Source of the DNA: Candidatus Bathyarchaeia archaeon | GTDB taxonomy: Archaea; Thermoproteota; Bathyarchaeia; Bathyarchaeales; Bathycorpusculaceae | DNA: 64,000 bases | Direction of reading: 5' to 3' | Assembly (NCBI GenBank): GCA_038883855.1 | Contig: JAVZLH010000001.1 | Span: forward strand, 118,552-182,551 | In this document: positions 56,379-64,000 of the stretch, piece after piece | How positions within the stretch are numbered: the stretch's first letter is position 1 | Layout: every line of letters begins with the position of its first letter | Translations under genes and position numbers: made by a program | The notes under the pieces: generated by a model | The model's input: the letters and a program-made list of their open reading frames with translations, nothing else | What the model was told of the DNA's origin: nothing | The model's database searches: none

Positions 56379-56888
56379 GTGGCTGTTAAAATGGGGTATT
56401 CAGCCGTCTGGAAAGTTCTCGAAGAAATGATTACAGACTTGCGAAAAAAGGGGCTGACAGTTCCAGCGGAAGTTGTAAATGATTTAAAATCTGCGAAAAC
56501 GCTAATTAAAATCTTGAAGGCTGACCCAACGCACGGGGAAACGGTTCAAAAAATCGAAGAGTATCTTGGAAACGTTGAGTCTTACCTGATCTCTGAAGGA
56601 ACGAAGAATTTTGGAGACAAATACACTAGTGAGTGGCTTAAGCGGCTTGATGAAGCTGGAAAAGCACCCTTCGCTGAAGAAGAGGAAGAGGTAAGGTTTG
56701 TTCCTGGGCTTCCGCGGGAGCAAAAGTGGGTTCGCGTTAAGCCTTCAGCCGAGTTACCGATTGAAAAGCTGAAATCTATAGCTGAAGAGTCAAATCTCTC
56801 ATACAATGTTCAAAGTGATGGTTACCTGCTTGTTTACGGCGAAGAAAATCGCATAAAAGAATTTGTTAAGAAAGTAGCTATAAAATAG
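56379..56888 (+). CDS. Conserved-looking hypothetical protein
   Basis: 169 aa, helical N-terminal half, acidic linker (FAEEEEEV) and an alpha/beta C-terminal half. GTG at 56379 or ATG at 56391. No family recognised with confidence. Confidence 0.5.
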   Translation: MAVKMGYSAVWKVLEEMITDLRKKGLTVPAEVVNDLKSAKTLIKILKADPTHGETVQKIEEYLGNVESYLISEGTKNFGDKYTSEWLKRLDEAGKAPFAEEEEEVRFVPGLPREQKWVRVKPSAELPIEKLKSIAEESNLSYNVQSDGYLLVYGEENRIKEFVKKVAIK

Positions 56889-57029
56889 GAGATTAAGGCT
56901 CAAAATAGCGTCGAAAGTTTACATAACCGTTAAAATCTTCCTCTAGACAATAATTTATTAAAAATTGGAGGAGACAATGTAAGTTAATATAGTTGCAGCG
57001 TTCCAGAAAAGGGTGAGGGCGCAAACTGA

Positions 57030-60000
57030 ATGCCCTACATTAAAAAAATTGAGATTAAAGGCTTCAAATCCTTCGGTCCGCAAACCGTTAAAGTAGTCTT
57101 GGATAAGGGCTTCACAGCTATTACTGGACCAAACGGAAGCGGGAAAACAAACATTGTCGACGCTGTTTTGTTCGCTCTTGGCGAGTTAAGCACGAGAAGG
57201 CTTCGTGCTGAAAACGCTGCTAAACTCATTTTTCACGGTTCTGAGAAGGCTGGTTTAGAGAAGGCGAAGATGGCTAAGGTCGTAATTCAGTTTGACAACT
57301 CGGATGGCAGGATGCCTGTTGACACAAACACAGTAACAGTCTCGCGAGAGGTTTACAGAAACGGTCAAAGCATTTATAGGCTTAATGGTAGACGAATTTC
57401 TAGAGCATATATTTTGGAAATTCTGTCTATGGCAGGTATAAGCAGCACAAGCCAAAACATTATCCCGCAAGGCACGATAACCCGCCTGACCGACATAACC
57501 CCTCCAGAACGTAGGAAAATAATTGAAGACTTAATTGGAATAGCCCAGTATGACGCTGAAAAAGCTGAGGCTGAAGAAAAGCTTCGGATGGCAGACATAT
57601 CCATCCGCACGGCTATGGGCAGAATAGACGAGGTTCAGAAGAGACTAGATGATTTAGAGAGGGAGCGCAATGAGCTCTTGAGGTTCAATTTTATACACAA
57701 TGAAATAAAAAAGTTTGAATCTGTCAAAATTTCGCATGAAATGGCGCAGATACAGAAAAAGTTGGAGGAAAACTCCTCACAAGCAGACAAAATTAAAATC
57801 AGAGTTGAAAAATTAAGGCAATTGCGTGAGGGATATCGGTCAAAGAGAAGGGAGATCGAAGGAGAATGGCGGAAGCTAAGCTCCGAAATAGTTGAAGAGG
57901 GTGGCTCCCAAGTTTTAAAGGTTCAAATTAGAATCGGCGAGCTGAAATCAAAACTTACAGAGTTGACAACGAAAATAAGTTCTGGTAAAGCAAGCCTCGA
58001 GAGCTTAAAACGTGTTAGAGAAAACAACTTACAACAATACCAGTCTATAAGAAAAGAAATTAGCGAAAACCACCTAAAAATAAGAAAACTGAAAAAAGAG
58101 TTTGAGAGTATTCTAAACCAGATAAACCAAAAACAGTCCGAGCATGATGCTCTTGCACGAGAAACAGCTTTACTCTGGGAAAATATTGGAGAAAACAGCA
58201 AGAAAATCCGTGAGATGGAACTTCAACTTGAAAACAACTATAGACGGCTCACAATATTAAGGTCTGAACAGGCAAAAAGCCAAACAGCCATTAAACTTCG
58301 TGAAAGAAGACTTAAAGACTTAACTGATAGGAAAGAAAGATTCGCTTCAACGCTTTTAGAGCTGGAAAAGTCCTTTGCAGAACTGGAAAAAGTGCAGAAG
58401 GAGCAGAAAGCCCAGCTTAAAAATCTTGAGAGGCTCATCGATAGGAGAATAGCCCAGAAAGAAGCCATCGAAAAAGAAATAGACCAAGCAGGTAAAATAG
58501 CTGATTCCGCTCGAGAAGCAGTCATCGAATTTGAAACACAAAGAGAACTCGCGGAAACCGTGGCTTCAGAAGAAAAAGCTCTTAAAAGCATAGAAGAACT
58601 AGGCGAGTTAGGTGTAATTCCAGGAGTTTACGGAAGACTACGCAACCTAATCAAAATGGATAAGGCTTATGAAAGGGCTATGGAAGTGGCTGCAGCCGGA
58701 TGGCTCGACGCCATAGTGGTCAAAGATTTTGACGCTGCCTTCACATGTGTAGAGACTTTACGAAGGATGAAGCTTGGAAGAATAAAGATAATACCGCTTC
58801 AAGGAACACCCCCAACCAAACCAATAAAAATTCCATCCATAGAAGGCGTCAACGGAGCAGCTTCCGCCTTCGTCAAATGTGAGAAATCCTATGAGCCAGC
58901 TGTTCAATTCGTGTTCGGCGACACAGTAATAGTTTCAGACGACAAAACTGCCTTTACACTATCAAATGAAGGTTACCGTGCAGTTACAGTGAACGGAGAC
59001 TTGTACGAGCCGGGCGGAGCCTTCGAAAGCGGCTATTACAGGGCTCCAATAGATTTCTCCGCAATCATACCAAGCGAGGCAGCCATCAAAAGCCTTGACG
59101 AGGCCGTGAGAGCCCTCCAGCAGCACCTTGCCCAGAGAGATATGGACTTGGCAACTTTTGAGGAGGAAATAGACAGAACTCGCGTGGAAATTACCCGTCT
59201 CTCAGAAGCCATAACCACGTTGGACAGGGAAATAGCAAGGGTTAAGAGGAGTATTAAGAGGACCAAAGCCAACTTAAGGCGAGTAGACCATTTTATACAG
59301 CGTTATCAAAGTGAAATAGAAAATGAGAAAGCGCAGATGTGGCTTCGAAGAGCAGAAGGCAGTTCAATCCAAAAGGAGATACAAAAACTCCGAAGCGAAC
59401 TTATCAGCTTAAGGCGAAAGACAGATCCAGGGCACATTCAAGAACTGGAGGCAAAAAGGGAGAAGCTTGCAGAAGAGATAATCACTTTGAGACAGAAACT
59501 TGGCGCTGTCCAAACAGAGATTTCGACGCTTCAATCCCAGTTTGACAACGTTTTAAGAGTTGGATACAAGAATGCGAAGATTCAACTTTCAAAGGTTGAA
59601 CAACAGCTAAAACAGGTGGAGAAGGAAGTTGAGGACGCGCTCAAAGAAAGAGAATCGCTGAAACAAGAAATTTCTGAACTGGAAAAAAGCCGCATCGAAC
59701 TTTCAAAAACAGTCTTTTCCGCAAGAGAAGAAGCGAAGAAATTTACAAGCCAAATAGACGAAATAGACAAGGAACTCCGCAAACTTGACGCAGAATACGA
59801 GCAAGCCGACCGCCTGTTCAATCAACTTCAACTCAGCATACAGACGTCACTTTTGCAACTTGAACAGTGCCGAAGTAGACTCAGGCAGCTTGGCTACGAA
59901 CAACCCCTAGAAGTAACGCAGAAACAGGTTGAGGAGGCTGAAACCTCCATTAAAATGATGCAGTTTGAACTCGAAAGAATTGGTGCAGTGAACCAGCTTG

Positions 60001-60584
60001 CCCTTTCCCATTATGCAGAGCAAATTTCACGGTATAAGGAACTTTCCATGCGGCTAAACGAGCTTGAAAGAGAAAAACAAGCCATAGTTAACTTTATGGA
60101 GGAAATTGAACGCAAAAAACGCAAAGTATTCACAGAAGCCTTCGAAAAAATCAACCAAAACCTTGGAAAATACTTTTCAAAACTTACAGGAGGTGGAAAC
60201 GCGACAATGAAACTCGAAAACCCAGATGAACCCTTCCAAGGCGGAATTGAAATGATTGTCCAGTTTCCAAACAAGCCTTCTATAGTTGTAAGCGGAGCCA
60301 GTGGAGGAGAACGTTCGGTTGCTGCTGTAGCCTTCATATTCGCCATCAAGGACTTCAGCCCAGCATCCTTCTATATTCTGGACGAGATAGACGCTCATCT
60401 TGATGCTTTTCACGTTTCAAAACTCGCCGACTTACTGCTTGAAGAATCGGAGAAAAACCAGTTCATAGTAATAACCCTAAAGCCAGAGATGGTGAACAAG
60501 GCGCAGAAGGTTTATGGAGTTTATGAGCGGAACGGCGTCTCCAACATAATTTCAGCAAAGTTCTTGGAGGTGCCTTCGAGCTGA
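57030..60584 (+). CDS. smc: Chromosome segregation protein SMC
   Basis: 1184 aa with Walker A GPNGSGKTN, long coiled coils around a hinge (GVYGRLRNLI...), signature VSGASGGERS and Walker B FYILDEIDAHLD. Confidence 0.95.
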   Translation: MPYIKKIEIKGFKSFGPQTVKVVLDKGFTAITGPNGSGKTNIVDAVLFALGELSTRRLRAENAAKLIFHGSEKAGLEKAKMAKVVIQFDNSDGRMPVDTNTVTVSREVYRNGQSIYRLNGRRISRAYILEILSMAGISSTSQNIIPQGTITRLTDITPPERRKIIEDLIGIAQYDAEKAEAEEKLRMADISIRTAMGRIDEVQKRLDDLERERNELLRFNFIHNEIKKFESVKISHEMAQIQKKLEENSSQADKIKIRVEKLRQLREGYRSKRREIEGEWRKLSSEIVEEGGSQVLKVQIRIGELKSKLTELTTKISSGKASLESLKRVRENNLQQYQSIRKEISENHLKIRKLKKEFESILNQINQKQSEHDALARETALLWENIGENSKKIREMELQLENNYRRLTILRSEQAKSQTAIKLRERRLKDLTDRKERFASTLLELEKSFAELEKVQKEQKAQLKNLERLIDRRIAQKEAIEKEIDQAGKIADSAREAVIEFETQRELAETVASEEKALKSIEELGELGVIPGVYGRLRNLIKMDKAYERAMEVAAAGWLDAIVVKDFDAAFTCVETLRRMKLGRIKIIPLQGTPPTKPIKIPSIEGVNGAASAFVKCEKSYEPAVQFVFGDTVIVSDDKTAFTLSNEGYRAVTVNGDLYEPGGAFESGYYRAPIDFSAIIPSEAAIKSLDEAVRALQQHLAQRDMDLATFEEEIDRTRVEITRLSEAITTLDREIARVKRSIKRTKANLRRVDHFIQRYQSEIENEKAQMWLRRAEGSSIQKEIQKLRSELISLRRKTDPGHIQELEAKREKLAEEIITLRQKLGAVQTEISTLQSQFDNVLRVGYKNAKIQLSKVEQQLKQVEKEVEDALKERESLKQEISELEKSRIELSKTVFSAREEAKKFTSQIDEIDKELRKLDAEYEQADRLFNQLQLSIQTSLLQLEQCRSRLRQLGYEQPLEVTQKQVEEAETSIKMMQFELERIGAVNQLALSHYAEQISRYKELSMRLNELEREKQAIVNFMEEIERKKRKVFTEAFEKINQNLGKYFSKLTGGGNATMKLENPDEPFQGGIEMIVQFPNKPSIVVSGASGGERSVAAVAFIFAIKDFSPASFYILDEIDAHLDAFHVSKLADLLLEESEKNQFIVITLKPEMVNKAQKVYGVYERNGVSNIISAKFLEVPSS

Positions 60585-60721
60585 CAGCTTCCTCAACAAT
60601 CACCAAAAAACCTTTTTACTTTCGTCCACCGTGGAACATTCTCTTTGATTTTCACAGGCTTGAGAGGCTTACTCCATGGAACATTAACATAGCTTATCTG
60701 CTGGCATCCTTTCTAGAAGAG

Positions 60722-61288
60722 ATGGAGCGCATTGGGCAAATTGATTTCAGAGCTTCTGGCATAGCTTTAGACTCCTCAGCCCTCATATACTTGATGAAGT
60801 CAAAGCTTCTGCTCAAACTTGAGGAACCTCCACCGCCACCGAAACCTCCTAAAGAATTTCTGCCGCCGCCTCTTTTTCTTCCGCTCCGACATGAATTGAC
60901 ATCAACAACTATAAGGCAACTACTGGAAGTCCTAGACGACGTTTTAAAGGGAGAAAAGCTGTTGCGTCTCGAAAAGGCTGTTTCAGAGCCCGTACTGCCT
61001 GCTCCCTCAGAGGTTCTTCCGCAATTCGAATTGTATTTGATGGAAATTGAGCTGCAGATGGAGAAGCTTTACAACTCTCTTGTGGAGAGAGTGAAGGGTG
61101 CTGGAATAATAGAGTTTTCATCGTTGATAAAGGGGATGGAGCGGCTGGAAGCCATCCGCACTTTCATTCTCCTATTATTTTTGGCGCAAGATTTGAAAGT
61201 GAATTTGTGGCAAGATGAAAAAACAGAAGAAATATACATAACAGTCGGGGATTTTAGCGTTGCAAGAAGTGGAAAAGCAGAAACCTAA
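60722..61288 (+). CDS. scpA: Segregation and condensation protein A (kleisin); coordinates run from the first canonical ATG, though conserved sequence extends upstream to about 60581
   Basis: IDFRASGIALDSSALIYLMKSKLLL plus a C-terminal winged helix. The in-frame upstream region encodes ...PPWNILFDFHRLERLTPWNINIAYLLASFLEE with no ATG/GTG/TTG. Confidence 0.8.
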   Translation: MERIGQIDFRASGIALDSSALIYLMKSKLLLKLEEPPPPPKPPKEFLPPPLFLPLRHELTSTTIRQLLEVLDDVLKGEKLLRLEKAVSEPVLPAPSEVLPQFELYLMEIELQMEKLYNSLVERVKGAGIIEFSSLIKGMERLEAIRTFILLLFLAQDLKVNLWQDEKTEEIYITVGDFSVARSGKAET

Positions 61289-61835
61289 CCCTGACGAGAG
61301 GCTCCAGCACGATTTGATTCTGTTGGAAGCCGCCCTATACGTTGCAGGTCGTCCACTAAACATAAACGAATTATGCTCTATTTTAAAGACGCGCTCTAAA
61401 AACAAGGTTAAGAAGCTTGTAAAAACACTTATGCAAGAATACGCAAGCAGAAAAACGGCTCTCGAAATTTTAGAGTTGAAAGACGAGAGATATGTTTTGC
61501 AGTTAAAAGCCGAGTTTACACCTCATGTTCGAAAGCTTGTGAATAGACCGTTGCTTTCCATAGGTCCGCTTAAAACATTGTCTTACATAGCCTATAGGCA
61601 GCCGGTGTCCCAAAAGCGGGTTATTGAAGTGCGGGGTCACCACGCTTATGGGCATATTAAACTATTAAAGGAGATGGGGCTTATTGCTAGCGAAAGAGGC
61701 GGACGTTCAACAATTCTTCGAACAACCGAATACTTCGCAGACTACTTCGGTTTAAGCCACGACATAGCCGCAATGAAAAAAGAGTTAAAAAATGTGTTCA
61801 AAGACTTTGCGAAGAAGGAAAACTTTCAATCCTAA
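61260..61835 (+). CDS. scpB: Segregation and condensation protein B
   Basis: 191 aa. LLEAALYVAGRPLNINEL... and ...LSYIAYRQPVSQKRVIEVRG form the tandem winged helices of ScpB. Overlaps the scpA end. Confidence 0.85.
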   Translation: MQEVEKQKPNPDERLQHDLILLEAALYVAGRPLNINELCSILKTRSKNKVKKLVKTLMQEYASRKTALEILELKDERYVLQLKAEFTPHVRKLVNRPLLSIGPLKTLSYIAYRQPVSQKRVIEVRGHHAYGHIKLLKEMGLIASERGGRSTILRTTEYFADYFGLSHDIAAMKKELKNVFKDFAKKENFQS

Positions 61836-61908
61836 AATGGAGATAGATTTATATGCCAAATAACTGTGATAGTGAACACTAACATAACATGTTGAAAGTG
61901 AAATAGAA

Positions 61909-62307
61909 ATGTCGGTTTGGCACGGAGACCTACATAAGAAAAAGCCTTCAGGAGGCAGAAGAAGACCCTACAGAGGAAAAAGAAAATTTGAAGAAGGCTC
62001 ATTCCCGGTTGAAACAATATTGGGCGAGACAAAAAGGAAAGTGGAAAAAACTAGAGGCGGAAACATAAAAATCAAAGTTTTAAGCGACAAATACGCATGT
62101 GTAACAGATCCAAAAAGCGGAGAAACAGTCAAAACCGAAATCCTAAGAGTTGTTAAAAACCCAGCCAACATTGACTATGACCGCAGAGGTGTAATAACCA
62201 AAGGCGCAGAAATAGAAACCCCCTTAGGGTTGGCTAGAGTTAGATCCCGCCCGGGACAAAACGGAGTCATAAACGCAGTTTTGATAAGCAAGGAAGAAAA
62301 AGCTTAG
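61909..62307 (+). CDS. rps8e: Small-subunit ribosomal protein eS8 (S8e)
   Basis: MSVWHGDLHKKKPSGGRRRPYRGKRKFE...RSRPGQNGVINAVLI. Confidence 0.95.
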   Translation: MSVWHGDLHKKKPSGGRRRPYRGKRKFEEGSFPVETILGETKRKVEKTRGGNIKIKVLSDKYACVTDPKSGETVKTEILRVVKNPANIDYDRRGVITKGAEIETPLGLARVRSRPGQNGVINAVLISKEEKA

Positions 62308-62310
62308 GCT

Positions 62311-62526
62311 TCATTTATTTGACGGTTGCTGGCTTCGGATTTTTTGAAGAGTTTTCGCAATCTTTTTGATGGTTTTGTCTTTGGACTCGCTTTTCTCTAC
62401 GAGAAGCATTCCAGTTTTCAGCCAAGGTGTCTTCGGGTAGCTGACATCCAAAACAACTTCATATTCCAAACCAAGCTTCTCAACAGCATCCCTGATCTCC
62501 GTGATCTTTGGAGATGGCACAGCCAA
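62311..62526 (-). CDS. srp19: Signal recognition particle protein SRP19; coordinates run from the first canonical (TTG) start, though conserved sequence extends upstream to at least 62595
   Basis: The in-frame upstream codons encode KIIIWPAYFDSTKTRGEGRRIPKS, the conserved SRP19 N-terminus. The downstream part contains YPKTPWLKTGMLLVEK. Confidence 0.8.
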   Translation of the reverse strand: MAVPSPKITEIRDAVEKLGLEYEVVLDVSYPKTPWLKTGMLLVEKSESKDKTIKKIAKTLQKIRSQQPSNK

Positions 62527-62632
62527 ACTTTTTGGAATTCGCCGCCCCTCGCCTCTAGTTTTTGTCGAATCAAAGTAGGCTGGCCATATAATTATTTTCT
62601 CTTGTTTGCGCGTGTTCTCACAACCTCTTTAA

Positions 62633-64000
62633 TTATTTATGAGCGTAATAAGCCGTTAATTTCTTGTTAACTCTATCAATTCTGACGAAGCCAAATCTCT
62701 CAAACTGTATTATGGTGTTTGGCTTTAGCCTGTTACAGGCGCTTTCAGCTATTCCTTCGGCTGTTGTGGCGTCTGGCATCATAACTTGGCATGGCATATC
62801 TTCCCCAACTGGTATCCAATGGATTAGCTTCGCCTTAGCTTTCTTCGCTTCCTCGTAGGCTTCACTAACAAATTGTGCTTCAGCGGAATATGAGCTTACA
62901 TTTACTACTTTTACGTTAAAAAGCTCCATGAGACGCACTAACTCTTCGCCTTTCGCGTCGGCAGCATCTCTCCTCGTAATCCAGAGCTTAATAGAGCTGT
63001 CTTCTTTGGGCTTTATGGTGTATTCTCTGAAACCCCTCTCTGGATGTTCCGGATGCAAATTCAGCCTTACCTTAAAAGGCTTTGGAACACCCTTAACAGT
63101 CAACTCTATTGGATCTTGCACAAAAAAGTATCTGTTAACTGCTGGGTCGAGGATTTTGCGGTTGTAAGCGTACAGGTTCTCCCAACTTAAAACAACATCT
63201 GAAGTTTTGGGTCCAACTTCAATTATCAATTTTTTAATAGCTTCAGGAGTTATTCCCCGTCTTCTCAAGGCAGCAAAGGTTGCGAGGCGAGGATCATCCC
63301 AATCCTTGTAGAGGCCTTCTCTAATCCCTTGAACAATTTTTGACTTGCTTAAGGCTGCGCCTGTAATTTTTAATCTCCCGTAATGTATGGCTTCTGGATA
63401 CTTCCAACCAAAATATTTGTACATATACTCTTGTCTAATCATGTTTGTGAGGTGCTCTTTTCCCCTTATTATGTGGGTTATGCCCATGAGGTGGTCGTCT
63501 ATGCCGCAAGCGAAATTATATAGGGGCCATACATGGTATTTGCTTCCAACTCGTGGATGCGGATATTTGTCGCTGTCTATTACTCTTAGGGCTGGCCAGT
63601 CTCTAACCGCTGGGTTCGGATGGTTCAAATCAGTTTTTACCCGAAGTACCGCTTCACCTTCTTTATAGTCGCCTTTAAGCATGTGTTGCCATTTTGCAAG
63701 TTGTTCTTCTGGTGGCAAATTGCGGCATTCACAAGGTTGATTAGCTAGGATTTTCTTTCTGAAGGCTTCTGGTCTGCATGTGCATACGTAGGCGTTTCCG
63801 TCTTTCAACAGTTTTTCCGCATGCTCATAATATATGTGGATTCTGTCGCTTTGAATGTATTCCTCATCTGGCTTGCATCCAAGCCACGCTAAGTCCTCTC
63901 TAATACGGTCGTAAAACTCTAAAACAGGTCTCTTCAATTTTGGGTCCGTGTCTTCGAAGCGTAGGATGAACTTGCCCTTATACATGCGTGCGTACTCGTG
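62633..64000 (-). CDS. gltX: Glutamyl-tRNA synthetase (archaeal/eukaryal type), C-terminal approx. 455 aa; the gene continues beyond the window
   Basis: The frame is open to base 64000 (...HEYARMYKGKFILRFEDTDPK...). Class I catalytic core remainder followed by an anticodon-binding beta-barrel region. Confidence 0.9.
   Translation of the reverse strand, partial: HEYARMYKGKFILRFEDTDPKLKRPVLEFYDRIREDLAWLGCKPDEEYIQSDRIHIYYEHAEKLLKDGNAYVCTCRPEAFRKKILANQPCECRNLPPEEQLAKWQHMLKGDYKEGEAVLRVKTDLNHPNPAVRDWPALRVIDSDKYPHPRVGSKYHVWPLYNFACGIDDHLMGITHIIRGKEHLTNMIRQEYMYKYFGWKYPEAIHYGRLKITGAALSKSKIVQGIREGLYKDWDDPRLATFAALRRRGITPEAIKKLIIEVGPKTSDVVLSWENLYAYNRKILDPAVNRYFFVQDPIELTVKGVPKPFKVRLNLHPEHPERGFREYTIKPKEDSSIKLWITRRDAADAKGEELVRLMELFNVKVVNVSSYSAEAQFVSEAYEEAKKAKAKLIHWIPVGEDMPCQVMMPDATTAEGIAESACNRLKPNTIIQFERFGFVRIDRVNKKLTAYYAHK

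Noticed and set aside
57035-60413. Many 60-117-aa minus-strand ORFs inside smc
   Set aside because: These are an antisense artefact of a long Glu/Lys/Leu-rich coiled-coil gene. The translations are Phe/Ser/Leu-rich with no independent support.
1-64000. Looked for CRISPR arrays, IS elements/transposases, integrases, tRNA and rRNA genes
   Set aside because: I found no regularly spaced direct repeats, no transposase- or integrase-like ORFs, and no tRNA-like acceptor/T-arm sequences in the intergenic regions. This was a visual scan only and needs confirmation with tRNAscan-SE, Infernal and a CRISPR finder.

Overview
This window is archaeal chromosomal DNA, densely coded on both strands and mostly core housekeeping genes. 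I found no rRNA, tRNA, CRISPR array or transposase by eye.

Gene content, in order:
- A complete CODH/ACS operon (cdhA C-terminus, then cdhB-C-D-E).
- Thermosome, Sua5, a UbiD-family enzyme and endonuclease III.
- A Clp1-type RNA kinase coupled to an RNase H-fold protein.
- RadB, CDP-archaeol synthase and a type IA topoisomerase.
- AglB plus an Alg7-type GlcNAc-1-P transferase.
- A QueT transporter, family B DNA polymerase, an NSUN RNA methyltransferase and agmatinase.
- A type IV pilus-like locus.
- 6-phospho-3-hexuloisomerase and an ECF transporter energizing module.
- The archaeal proteasome/exosome superoperon: psmA-SBDS-rrp4-rrp41-rrp42-eL43-Brix-pcc1-pfdB.
- Two membrane-anchored secreted proteins, FprA, smc-scpA-scpB, eS8, SRP19 and the 3' part of gltX.

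The gene content suggests an anaerobic Wood-Ljungdahl archaeon of a TACK/Bathyarchaeia-like lineage. That is inference only.

Most notable observations:
1. The pilus locus (33.4-39.9 kb) has as its last gene a roughly 900-aa protein. It carries a pilin-type class III signal peptide, eight W-N-G-x-x-W repeats and a pilin-like C-terminus. A stand-alone winged-helix/multi-zinc-ribbon protein lies next to it.
2. A hairpin/pseudoknot-capable leader with an A-rich tail and an anti-SD segment sits directly upstream of queT. It is a candidate preQ1-like riboswitch.
3. A Clp1 kinase is coupled to an RNase H-fold gene.
4. Reading-frame anomalies are unusually frequent: three disrupted genes, plus scpA and SRP19, whose conserved N-termini lie upstream of any canonical start codon.

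All homology statements rest on recognising motifs and families by eye. No searches were run.
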